Positions 37,249-49,930 of a DNA stretch of 64,000 nucleotides are shown piece by piece. The notes beneath the pieces were generated by a model. The model did not search any database. It saw only the letters and a program-made list of their open reading frames with translations, and had not been told where the DNA came from. The stretch is taken from assembly GCA_028534125.1 (NCBI GenBank), contig CM052816.1:90150001-90214000 (forward strand), in the 5' to 3' direction. A program made the translations under genes and the position numbers. Origin of the DNA: Lama glama (Eukaryota). Each line of letters opens with the position of its first letter. The first letter of the stretch is position 1.

Positions 37249-39198
37249 GTAGCTGAGAAACATATTCCATGACAGTTTGATATTTTCCCTGTTCAAAAAA
37301 CAAAGATAAACTTCCACATCTTTTAAAGATATTATCTTATTCAAATATTATTCCTGTTTATTAAATTCAAGTTGCAATAATTTATGGCTTACCAATACTT
37401 GATAAGTATAAATAAAACACATATAGTAGGGTGTACAATTAGAAAATAATTTAATTTGTTTTTGTCTCCAGCCAAAAAAACTGTTAGCTGTTCTTTGTAA
37501 AAATAAAGGAGATCTCAAGAGCTGTTCTTAAGTAACTCCTCCACTTAGCAGTAAAGTATGTGAAGTGGTTGGTCAGGGGAGCTTCAGCACAACTATGGTA
37601 TGCAGTGCATTGGGGAAGGCATGGACTCATTTCCACATGGGGGCACTGGGTGTAGTAGGCATCAAGATTTTGAATACTTCTCAGAGATTTTCACGATTGT
37701 GAAAATCAACGTGGAGGGACTGTGACTGCTTCTCTCAAGGCCTGTGAAAAGGAAGGCAAGGAGACCTCTGAAGGAACAGCCCCATGATGGTCCAAAAGCA
37801 TGGCAGGCGGTGGGAGAATCCTGGTGTTGAGCAAGAAGGGAGGAAGTGAGGCCATGTTCCAAGTTTAAGATGTGCTTGATGCTGGAACTGGTCCTTTTAT
37901 AACCTTGGAATCAGTGACACTTGAAAAAGCTAATTAATAAAGCTGTCATATTTGGTGCTCAAGCTGACTAGAGTACTTATTTTTATAAACTAAAAATTAC
38001 CTGGGGATTGTTACCACTTGATCGACTCCTGCAGCTAGAAGGGAGAGCAGCCGAACAGTGGTCTTTCTTGACTACTGCCAGAATCCCTGCCACCGAAAGC
38101 CCATCAGGAGACAGATGTCCGACCATGCTGCCTTGATCTTGTAGTGTCTAAGGGTGGTTGGCTGAGATATAAGCACTGAACTTGAAGGCATTCACTCCTT
38201 TAGCATGAAGTTCACTTTTCGATGGGATACAAAATTGATAAAATTAATACCTTTGGAAAAGATCTGTGAGCATGGCAATATTTTTCACAGAAACCATGGC
38301 ATTGTCTGGAATATAGAAGTCATCTAAAGCTTCAAATGAGGTTCATTGAGAACGACTATTCAGCAAATATTATCCCTCAGCCATCAGTGCATGGAAGTAG
38401 GTCTAAACTGGACTGGACTCCACCCCTCTCCAGATGCTAAGAAGCCAGAGATCTGACCATTTAGGAGGGGGAATCTTGAAGCCCTGAAAGTATCCTAAAT
38501 GACTGTTGAGTCAGTCCTACAGCTGGTGAAGGCTCAAGGAATGATCTGGATTGGACCTGGGCATGTTATTTAACCCCCTACACTAAAAAAAAAGATGGTC
38601 TGTCTATCAATGCGTGAATGGACATATGTTCAGGGTGTATTGTTGGCACAAATTTAAGATTAAATCTGTGTTTCAGATTATCTATTTACAGTCACTAATT
38701 ATGCAGAAAACTAAATTGGGGACAGTGTTTTAAAATGGTTCTAGTTTAAAATTCCCTATTATCTATGATTGACACTTTCCCTCAATCCATATAAAAGACA
38801 AATATATCCTGACAGATCAAATACACTAAATGTCTCTCTAAAATTTAGACCCAGATAAAACAAAACAAATATATATGTGTGTATATGTGTGTATGTGTGT
38901 GTGTGTGCACACATATATATATATATATACCAATAAGGAAGAAATGAGACCAAAACTTTCTGTGTGGCCTGAAGGCACCAAGGTAGAAATTAGAAGGTGG
39001 AGATACATGCCTGTCAACAAAGCCTTGGGCAGACACTTGTGCTGAGAAGTGCTGGGAAGGAATAAAGTTAATTAAAGTAAATTTTTAATATTTTACTTTC
39101 ATTCTGAAGACAATTAACCACATTTATCCACAGTTATTCATGGGACCCCAAAATTTTTAAATCCTCAATCTATCAGGCTCTCTTTGGTATGCTACTTC

Positions 39199-39300
39199 TT
39201 TTTTCTTTTCTGAATTATAGTCAGTTTACAGTGTTGTGTTAATTTCTGGTGTACAGCATAGTGGTTCAGTTATACATATATATTCATCCTTTTCATATTC
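39199..39300 (-). mobile_element. ~100-bp L1 3' terminal fragment
   Basis: Same family as 1775-1988 and 13565-13726; degenerate TSD TGGTATGCTACTT / TAGTGTGCTATTT. Confidence 0.8.
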
Positions 39301-40661
39301 TAGTGTGCTATTTATAATAATCTAAATAGATACAGGATAGTACTGTAAAGGGTGAAAGATAAATATCTGTATTAACCTGATTTCTCACTTGTGGCCACTT
39401 ACTTTTGACCTCTGAACAGTACCTGAGGCTTCCAGCAGTGTCCCTGTAGGTACTAATAGCGCAAGGCTTCTTGGATTCTAAACCAGGTCACTGATGGATA
39501 TGGAGTATTTGGAAAAGCAGGAGTACTTACAAGTCTATTCCTTTGGGTCCTGGAAATAGAATAAAGCAGAGCTCTGCCTGGCTGGCTAGGGAGCCTTAAG
39601 CCTGGTATTAATTTTCCCTGGGTTTTAAGTTCCTCATCTATTAAATAAAAGGATTGGATTGGATAACGATTTGTAAGATAATTTCCGGATTTAGCATTCA
39701 ATGATATTTTGAATCGAATCCAGGCTTTTGATTCTGCCAGGAGCCAATTTTTTTTCTTAACTTTGAAATAAAGCCAGATCTGTTCTTCCTCTCTTCCGCA
39801 CTCTGCTCCCAAAGCACTTTGTTTTTCTTTGCTGGCTGAGCTACTTGAGGAGATACGGCATATGCACAATTTGGTTTTGGAGAAAATTACTCAAATTTTC
39901 CAATAGAAATCTCATATTTCAATATTTGAAAAGTATTGAGAAGGAACATTCCAGATACTAATGGAAAGCTGACAGACTATAGGTACAGAAGTTTAAAGGA
40001 TTGTAAAGAAAAAGTCATTTAAACTATCCATGGAGAAAATATTTTTTTAATCTATTTAGATTCAAAGATGTCATATAGTACCCAAAATATGAATCAGTCA
40101 TAATTAGTATTTAATAAGTATAAATAATGCACAAATTATGTTAAAGTCCAATGCTTACTCTAATATAAATGGGCAAAAAGATAGCTGTAACAAAAAAAAT
40201 TGTGAAATTATTAACTACCCATGAAATATCTTTGGGACTTTCAGTTTGAAAATATGTTTATCTAATTTTGAACAATTGATTTTTAAAGAATTAGAGTAGA
40301 GTGTTCCTTTTGAGAGATTCAGTAATTAGCAGAACTAAAACTCCTCTGAGCTAGATTCAGGCAATGCAAAACATAATTTTGAGTCTAATCCTCAATAAAA
40401 AACCATTGCTATCACTTCTGGCATAGCTTTCATAGAGAATATGATACCATTTCCATAAAACTCCTTCCTCAAAATACCCAGATCATCTTTGCTTTCTCCA
40501 GTTTTAGGTATGTGTGTTGTACCTTGGTTTGGAAAGATTTCAAACCTTGGGCCAGGTTCTGTGGCTCATGATTTAGAGATGAATTGTCAATTAAAACTTC
40601 ATAATGCTATTTATAAAATATAATTTAGAAAATCCCATGAACTTATTAAACTATATCCCTA

Positions 40662-41089
40662 TGTACTGGATTGAGTAGCCTCCCTCCAAAATTCATGTCA
40701 TCCAGAACCCCAGAACATGAACTGATTTGGAAAAAGGGTCTTTGCAGATGCAGTAAATTTAGATGCAGTCATACTGGATTAGATGGGCCCCTAAATCTAA
40801 TGAAAGAAGGTGGGAATTTGGACTCAGACACAGTCTGAGTCACAGAGGGATGACAACCACGTGAAGACACAGGCAGTGACTCAACTGAAAGCCAAGGAGT
40901 GCCAAGGATGCTGGCAACCAACAGAAACTAGGAAAACACTTCTCCCCTAACACCTTAGCTAAAGCACGAGCCTGCCAGCACCTTGATTTTGGATTTCTAA
41001 CCTCCAGAATTGTGAGTGAATAATTTTCTGCTTGCTTTAAGCCACACAGTTTTTGCTGCTTTCTGAAAGCAACCTCAGGAACTAATACA
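40662..41089 (+). mobile_element. MaLR solo LTR (MLT1B/C-like)
   Basis: TGTACTGGATTGAGTAG...GGTCTTTGCAGATG...AAGCCAAGGAGTGCC...GGAACTAATACA. Confidence 0.88.
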
Positions 41090-41299
41090 CCTCCCCAAAC
41101 AGTAAAATTAGTAAATTCCCAATTAGCCAATTGAGAATACTTTTCTTGATTTAAAAATTGTGAACTAGTCACAAAGAGAGCATATATAAAACAAACCAAA
41201 TACAAAACATATAAAGCAAAACTGGGATGGGCAAGAAAAATAAAGTGAAAGCAAGAGAAATCACCTTAAAGATTTAAAAGAAAATAGAATATTGTCAGC

Positions 41300-41897
41300 A
41301 TGTGCAAATTTCTCAAAGATTTTGCCTCGATCACATTCCTCTCCCGTCCAGATATAACCACTTTGCTGAGTTTGATTTTAACCGTTTCTGTAGTATTCTT
41401 TAGTTTAGTACCTTAATCTGTGTTCCTATGAAGTATTTTTGTTTTTACTTCTTTTGACATAATATAATTAGAATTATGATATATGTGCATACATATGTAT
41501 TTATTTTGTTTGCTTAGCTGTAATATTATCTTACATGAATGCAGCATAATTTTACCTATTCTATTGTTGATAGACACTTGGTTTGTTTCCAGAAAAGAGC
41601 AATTGTGAGTAATACTTTCATGAGCATTCTTGTGTTTACATCCTTGTATGTGTAGTATCAATACGCCACTCTATATTAATACACTTAAAATGGAATTGCT
41701 CAGAGGGTGTCCATAAATTTATTTATCAATACTCTAGAACCAATTTTCATTCTTACAGCAGTTTATGAGTTTCCATTGCTGCATAATCTTTCACACACTT
41801 TATATTCTGAGTTAACTAAATTTAGATAGTCTAGCAGGTATGTAATGGAATTTCCTTGTGGTTTTAATTTTGAGATCTCTGATTATTCATGATAGCT

Positions 41898-41928
<31 letters not shown>

Positions 41929-42830
41929 TTATTGGTCTTTTGGATTTGTTCCTTAAGGATTTGCTCATTCAAGATTTTTGCTCATGTTTTTTCTATTGTG
42001 TTTTCTGTATTACCCTTATTAACACCGGAGTTATTTTCATAGTCTAAATGCCAGTTCTTTATTGGTTATATGCACAGTAACTGTCCTCTCCCACAATATG
42101 AAGGTTGCCCCATGCACACTGTGGTGTCAAGCACTGGGCCATGCAGCCAAGGAGGTAATGGGAGCTGAAACACAATTTGTGCTTCATTCACATTATGTAG
42201 CTGTAGCATCCTGGGAAGCTGTTTTTTTCCTAATCTATAGTGTCCTTACTTTATGGCTTGTCCTTTCTCCCTTAGGGGTTTTCATGAATGAAAGTTCTTA
42301 ATATTAACATAATAAATTTCATCAGTATTTTCTGTATGTTTAGAGCTATTTGTAGATAGTTTAAGATGTTATTTCATATCTTAAGTGCTCAAAGGACTTT
42401 AAGGTTATCTAAAATTTTATTGCACTTTGAAGTTCTCAATAATCTGAAAGTTTATTTTATTTTAATTGAATACTCAATTTTTCCAGAACCATTTAATGGG
42501 AAAAAATTTCCTCGCTACTCGTAATGCCATGCTTCCATAGTCAAAATACATGACAGTTTCTGTAGTCTTTAATTCCATTGGTCTCTTTGCTTCTGAACCA
42601 ATTGCAAACCAGCTTTATTACTATTGTCTTACAATATGTTTCGATCTTTTACAGCAAGCTCTCCCAACTTTTACTTCTCCAAGACTATTATGATCGTATT
42701 TGGTCCTTCATGTACATACATACATATATTTCACTTTAACAAGAATAATTCCGTGTTTTTTCTTATTATTAAATTGGAGTTCTTTATATACATTTACTTG
42801 AAAGAACAATTTCCACAAATAAGAAATCTT
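41300..42830 (-). mobile_element. Old L1ME-like 3' region
   Basis: Antisense L1 hallmarks (CTATTGTTGATAGACACTTGGTTTGTTTCCAG; TTTCCAGAACCATTTAATG). Confidence 0.7.
41898..41925. repeat. (TA)14 microsatellite
   Basis: Directly visible. Confidence 0.95.
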
Positions 42831-44467
42831 TGAAAACCACTGGCCTCCAAAAAGAGATGATATTCTCAAGTATTCTGATCAAACAGTGCCTGGGCTATGG
42901 TGTTAAGATCTGAGCACTGTACTCCATGGAATGTATCCAATGACGAATTAGTTTAGTTAATTCTAAAGAAATCCAAACCATATTATATAAGACACTGTCT
43001 ACCACTTATTCAACAAATATTTACTGGCTTTGACCAACCCGCTGGACTTTGCTGATAAAAGAGAGACGAAAAAGACACACGATCCCTTCACCAATGGAAT
43101 TGACATTTCAGTGGGTGAGAGAGAAAAAATATATATAATAAAATAATGGTAAATATAGTACCTACACAATAATTATATTATTCAAACTGATGAGTTAACA
43201 AAATGCCCCAAAAAGGGATGAAATTTCTAAACTGTAAATGCAATTTAAATGTATCTGGATGCACAAAAAACTGCTCAACCCATTTTGACTTTAACAAATG
43301 CATAAAATTTACTTAGGTAGTGATGCTCAAATTTGCAGTTGAATCAGAAGTTAGTATCAGCAGACTAGTAACGGAAGATTTTCTTCATCTCCACATTCCT
43401 TCTTTGCCTTCATATTCACAAATCTTTAAACTGCCTTTTTCTTCTTGTCTATTCCTCTTACCTTTTGATTGTTTCTTTTTCTTTCTATAATGCCCTTAAG
43501 TGTTAAAAAAAAAAGAAAAGAAAAGAATAGTTAAGAGGTTAAGGGCCATAGAACTAATCAAAATAAGCCACTCTTTCTTTTCAATTTTCAATCTGCAAAG
43601 CATAAGGACACCTTCTGTGAAATATAACACTTCTGTCTCTCGATTTATTAGATTTTGCCTCTGGACAGCAGCAAAACTAGACGACACTGGAGAAACCCTG
43701 AAAGACTTCTCCACGGCGAAGTCAATGAGCTCATTCCCGAGCTGGGAATAGCATCTCAGGACAAGCTGGCGATGGCATCTGTTGGTGTATTGATTATCAG
43801 GGTTTGTTCAAAAGCTCTGGCCAGTTGAATGGGTGTCTCCTTTCTCCTCACCTATACACATGTGTTCCCCTAAGGCTACATTCCAGCCGAAGACACAGGA
43901 GGTCCAAAATTAAAGCATCACCATTCTTTAATGCCAAGACATTATAAGAAAATTTTCTTGTTTTCATAACTGCTGGAATAACCAAACAGAAGGCAGTTCA
44001 GTGAGCAGGGAAAGGACTTGTGCAGAAGGAAAAAAATTATATCCAATGATAATGCACTAAAGTGAGCACCCTGTTTCTTTTAAATTAATTTAAATTTGAA
44101 GGATTGTTTTGGTTTTTTATTTCAATATTTCTGATAAATAAATGAATAGAAACAGATTATTTTTCCCTTTTTACTTTTATTACTCTTTTACCTATCAGTT
44201 TATGTCAGAGATTAATACTACTTAATGAGATGGTATAAACCTTGTGGGTGTATAAAATACTACAAACACTTTAGAGTATTAAAAATGTGTACTGTGAGTA
44301 AGAAAGTCATGATTAGATGTAATAATGTTGATTTGATAAATGAATATTTGAAATATAATATATAATACATAAATATAACCTGTATAATATGAACTGTGGT
44401 ATTTTCCCATATGGATTGCCTTTTTCTATTTACAAAACCATATTTTATATCGTACCTGGGTAATTTT

Positions 44468-45175
44468 TTTAACATTTTTTATTGATTTATAGTCATTTTA
44501 CAATGTTGTGCTGAATGCCAGTGTAGAGCACAGTTTTTCAGGTATACATGAACATATATATATTCATTGTCACATTTTTTCTCTGTGAGCTACCATAAGA
44601 TCTTGTATATATTTCCCTGTGCTATACAGTATAATCTTGTTTATCTATTTTACAATTTTGAAATCCCGTCTATCCCTTCCCACTCCCCACCCCCTTGGCA
44701 ACCACAAGTTTGTATTCTATGTCTATGAGTCTATCTCTGTTTTGTATTTATGCTTCATTTTTTTTTTAGATTCCACATATGAACAATCTCATATGGTATT
44801 TTTCTTTCTCTTTCTGGCTTACTTCACTTAGAATGACATAATCCAGGAGCATCCATGTTGCTGCAAATGGCGTTATGTTGTCAGTTTTTATGGCTGAGTA
44901 GTATTCCATTGTATAAATATACTACTTCTTCTTTATCCAGTCATCCGTTGATGGACATTTAGGCTGTTTCCATGTCTTGGCTATTGTAAATAGTGCTGCT
45001 ATGAACATTGGGGTGCAGGTGTCATCCTGAAGTAGGGTTCCTTCTGGATATATGCCCAGGTGTGGGATGATTGGGTCATATGGTAAGTCTATTCCTAGTC
45101 TTTTGAGGAATCGCCATACTGTTTTCCACAGTGGCTGCACCAAACTGCATTCCCACCAGCAGTGTAGGAGGGTTA
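44468..45175 (-). mobile_element. 5'-truncated L1, same young family as 4681-6831
   Basis: ORF 44922-45227 [43 protein letters not shown] (44452-44467) / GTACCTGGGTTATCTT (45176-45191); TCTT/AA endonuclease-type site. Confidence 0.95.
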
Positions 45176-46949
45176 GTACCTGGGTTATCTTAACACCCCA
45201 AATTTTAATTCTGTCATTTAAATGCAACTATCTTTAGTCTAAATTTTTTGTAAAAGTAAAAGATACTGATACCTTATGTAAGTTTATGTTTTAAATAGTA
45301 TTGTAGACCCTATGTAGATTTATATTTTACACAGTATTTTAACAGTCTTGCAACATGCTTTTTTAAAAGCTTTTATCACAAACTGTGCTATTGAACAACT
45401 CATACTTTTAAATACATTTATTTCTTTTTATTTATTATAAGGTAAACAAGTAGTTCCTAAAGGCTTCAATATAAAAATACTCTGTGATGTGTCATTTAAT
45501 CCTGTGAGATTATCTTTGATTCAGTATGTTACAGTAAGCACGACACTGATGAAACTGTGTATCATAACACACATCCTCACATATATATACACATAGGCAT
45601 ACATATATGTATCCACTTGCAGGTGGAAAACTAAGACCAAGGAAAGCTATGCTGCTAACCTGGGGCTGAGACTGGAAACCAGATCCCCAGACACCAGCCC
45701 TGAATGTTATTGCACTGGGCAGGCTGCACAGGTCCAGAAGGCTCTGAGTAGTACATCAGACAATTGAAATGGTTCCTTCACTGCCTTGTAGGTTGGAATT
45801 AATATGGTGAACTTTCCTTGGCCAATCCTTTCAGAATTATAGCATTCTTCTGGCACCGAAACTTTATAAATTACTTCACTTCATCTTATATTTTTTGAGT
45901 ATCTAATATGCCCAAGTCAACATGTTTGGCTCTATGAATTATGGGAGTATTATTGAAAACTCTTTTCATGAATCATACAGTCTACTGAGAGAGAAATGAA
46001 ATACATAAACTAGTAACAACAAAGGGCCATAAGCCAAATATACAATCTACCGTTTTCGGTCACTCTGGATGTAAGATTCCAAGCTTCACATTTTGTTTTT
46101 GTGTTTGATTTTGGTAATAGTCTTCCTCATGCCGTCTAACAGGTGTATTTAGCTACCTCCACCTATTGTAGCAGTCCCTGTGCTACAGACTGACTTAAAT
46201 AATTTGGAATATTGGATATTGGAGTGCATGAAATCTGAATTTAAAGATTTGTTTCTTATTAGTTGTGTACCAACAAAAAAGCAAATCAAGTGTAGTCTAA
46301 ATTTTTGTAGTTATAGTCATTTTCCCTGAAGAAGATATAAAATGAAAGATATACTAGTGCATATATAAACACACATATGTATATGACAAATACAGATATC
46401 AATCTAAAATGTATATATATAGACAATATATGAAAGGGTAACTCTAATCATGACTTCTAGATATGAAATTACATAGCAATAGAAAAAAATGTGTTTTTTA
46501 ATACCATGAATGATTTTAATTGCTTCATGTATCATTTGTGAAATTAAAATAGGGCAGAATAGTTTAAAAAGAAGAAAGGATTTTATAGAGGGATAGGAGA
46601 TGGGATAACATGATAAATAGGGAGAAATGGAAGCACAAATGATGAATAGCCAACCTGGAGGAGTCCATCATGGAAGGCTTGCTAAAGGAAAGATTGTCTG
46701 AACTGGTTTCAGGGATAAAAAGTACTTATTCATGCAAATAAAGAGGGAATGTCCCAATCAGATTCGCAGTTTAAGCAATGGCTCTGATTGAATATGAACA
46801 TAAATTTAGATCAGAGTTAGCTATTTCACTGATGATTTGTGGTCCAAATGTCCAAAGTAAGTAATTTATTACCCAAAATTTATGACAATCTGGGAACAGA
46901 AAAGCCCCATTGTTTGGACCAATCACTTGAGGCATGGGAAATATGGATA

Positions 46950-47607
46950 TTGTGTTGGTTTTCTATTGTTACTTTAACACACAACCACGAATTCATTCAG
47001 ACTCACACCACACCATTCATTGTCTCACAGTTCTGTAGGTCCAGGAGCAGGCTGGATCAGATGGGACCCCTGCTGAGGATCTAATGGCCAAAATCAAAGT
47101 GTGAGAATTCCTTTCTGGAGATTCTGGCCTCGAATCAGCTTCCAAGCTCAGTCAGGCTGTTAACAGAATTTAGTTTCGTGCAGTTGTAGAAATGAAGTTC
47201 CAGTTTCCTTGCCAGCTGTCAACCAGGGGGCTAGTCTTTGATCCTAGAGGCTGCCTACATTTTCCTTCTCATGTTCTCTGTATCCCTCCTCTAGCCACAG
47301 TGGGCCAAGGTTTTCCCTTGTGTAGAATATCTCCAATTATTCTTTCTGCCTCATCTTTTTGATTCCAGCCAGAGAAAGTTCTGTGCTTTTAAGGGTTCAT
47401 GTGATTAGATTTTACCCAGAAAATAATCCATGACTATCTCTCTATTTTAAGGTCCATAACATCTCTTACATCTGCAGTGTCTCTTTTTTTTTTTTTGTAA
47501 TGTGACATATGCAATGTAACGATATATTCACAAGATCCCAGCATTAAATGCGGACATTTTTGGGTGGTCGTTACTCAGCCTACCCCAGAGGGAAAGTTCT
47601 CGGTATG
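46950..47607 (-). mobile_element. MaLR solo LTR (MLT1D/E-like)
   Basis: TGTGTTGGTTTTCTATTG...TCTCACAGTTCTGTAGGTCCAG...CTTCCAAGCTCA...TCAGCCTACC. Confidence 0.82.
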
Positions 47608-47629
47608 TAGTAAATAACTGATGAATCTA

Positions 47630-48380
47630 TGGCAAAGCCAATCACTTCTATCTCCGCTGCTACCATTCTGGTCTAAATCATGATCATCTTTTACCTAGAC
47701 TAATGTAATAGCCTCTCAATTGAATTCTGTTACCACTCTTGCCTTCCTAGCTTTCATTTTGCGTATGGAAGCAAGAAAGATTTTTTTTTTCTAAAACACA
47801 TATACTAATCTCAGGTTAAAACCAGGTACTATTGTCCACTGCAATTAGGCTAAAACCTGATCTTATTGTTATGATATATGTGACCTGCCCATTTCTATCT
47901 GACATCATTGACACATCATCATACCTGCAGTCACTAAGCTTCAAATCATAGGAGTTTTCTTTTTACTCTTTACCCTACAGATCTTAAAGGATTTGAAATA
48001 CTTCTTCCTTTTACCTAGAGTGCTCCTGTATCAGAACTTTTTTCTTTTAGGTCCCAGTTTAAATATTTCCTTCTCACTGAAGCTTCCCCAAATATATGAT
48101 CTAAGCAAGGGAACCCTCATCTCATTCCCACTAAGTCACTGTGTGTCCTATTTCCTGCTGTATTTTCCTCACAATATTTAACACTATCAAAACTCTTCCA
48201 ACTCATCTACTTGTTTATATGTTTATTATAGATGCCCCATCATTAGAAAATAAACTTTGAAGGAGCAAGGGCCTGTTCTGTCTTGTTCACAGCTTTACTA
48301 TCAGCATGTAAAATAGTACCTGGCACAAATTAGATGCTGGATAAACATATCTTGTATGAGTGAATAAATAGATGAATGAG
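47630..48380 (+). mobile_element. L2 3' end
   Basis: Ends GTACCTGGCACAAATTAGATGCT...GAGTGAATAAATAGATGAATGA. Confidence 0.8.
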
Positions 48381-48450
48381 CTATTCTTTAAGTTTCCCTT
48401 CTCCTTGAAAGAGAGATTAAGAAACTGACATGACTTAGGGATTTAGATAC

Positions 48451-48914
48451 TGTTATGGGTTGAACTGTGTCCTCACAAAAGATATGTTCAAGTCCTAAGC
48501 CCTGGTACCTGTGAAAGTGACCTTCTTTGAAAAATGGGGACTTTGCAGATATAATCAAGTCAATGTGAGGTCATACTGGAGTAGGGAGGGCTTAAGCCGA
48601 TATGACTGATGTCCTTAGAAGAGCAGGAGATACATAGATATAGAGACACAGAGGAAGAACAGCACTTTGAACAGCAGATGCAGAGATTGGCGTGATGTAC
48701 CTATAAGCCAAGGAATACCAAGGATTCCTGGCAACACCAGAAGCTAAGAGGAAGGTATCAAAGAGATTTCACCCCAGGGCCTTCAGAGAGAGCATGGCTT
48801 TGTCCACAGCATAATTTAGGACTTCCAGGCTCCAGAACTGGGAGAATAAATTTCTGTGTATAAAGCCACCCCGTTTGTGGTATTTGGTTATGGTAGCCCT
48901 AAGAAACTTATGTA
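48451..48914 (+). mobile_element. MaLR solo LTR (MLT1B/C-like)
   Basis: TGTTATGGGTTGAACTGTGTCC...CTTTGCAGATATAATCAAG...AATAAATTTCTG...TGGTAGCCCTAAGAAACT. Confidence 0.9.
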
Positions 48915-49290
48915 TGGGCTATTTATCAAGATGCATGTTTGCAGGTCTGAAATGATTGCTTCAGTTGTAATGTGTTAGCATTTAGGTACTTGCAAGACCC
49001 CTTGAAATACGTAAAATGTTGACTTGTCAAAGCAGACTCACAGAAATCACAGATGTTATTCAACACTACATTTTCCTAAGGATTCACAATGGGTATAAGA
49101 AAACCCAAGCACAGATGTAACGTTTCTTTCCGGAGGAGTCCAGAACCTGTCAGATTCAGGTCCCTAATGTCCTTTGCTTGCAGGGACCCACTTTGGCATT
49201 GGAGGAATGAAAGGCCACTGACAATATGTCCGTGAGGTTCATGCTGGCCCAGAGAACACTGCTTGTGTTCAGAGTTTCTTTGTTTTCTTT

Positions 49291-49622
49291 TGTGGACTAA
49301 TTTGCTAGGCTGTCGTAACAAAATGCCACAGACTGGGAGACTTTAAGAGCAGAAATTTATTCTCTCACAGTTTTGGAAACTGGAAGTCCGAGATCCAGGT
49401 GTTGGCAGGTCTGGTTCCTCCATCAGCCTCTCCCCTGTGTCCTCACACGCTCTTTCCTCTGTGTGTTTATCTCTGATGTCCCTCCCTCCTCTTGTAAGGA
49501 CACCGGTCCTATTGGGTTAAGACCACACCCTGATGACCTCACTTAACTTTAGTTACCTCTTTAAAGGCATTGTCTCCAAATATGGTCACAATGGGGGTTA
49601 CACCTTCAACATGAACTTTGAA
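49291..49622 (-). mobile_element. MaLR solo LTR (MLT1A-like)
   Basis: TAACAAAATGCCACAGACTGG...CAGAAATTTATTCTCTCACAGTT...TTCAACATGAACTTTG. Confidence 0.85.
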
Positions 49623-49635
49623 ACTGTTTTCAGTT

Positions 49636-49930
49636 TTAAAACTGAAAGTTTATACCCTTTTACAAATCTCTCCCTATTTCCCCACCCCCTAGTTCCTGGC
49701 ACCCACTTTTCCACTCTCTGTTTCTGTGAGTAAGACTTTTTAAAAATTTTACGTGTAAGTGATACCATGTGTTACTTGACTCAGTATCTGACATATTTCA
49801 CCCAGTGCCTAATGCCCTCCAGGCTCGTCCAGGTTGTCCCAGAGGACAAGAGTTTCTTCTCTTTTAATGCTGAGTGATATTCTTTTGAATATACATACAC
49901 ATTTATTGATCCATTCATCCACTGATGGAA
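49636..49930 (-). mobile_element. L1MA-like 3' UTR fragment
   Basis: AACTGAAAGTTTATACCCTT...TCTCCCTATTTCC...ATCCATTCATCCACTGATGGA; related to 30070-30440. Confidence 0.75.

Noticed and set aside
43496..43860. Exon-like, moderately GC-rich stretch with ORFs on both strands
   Set aside because: No frame gives a recognisable protein and there is no convincing acceptor-donor pair around an open frame.
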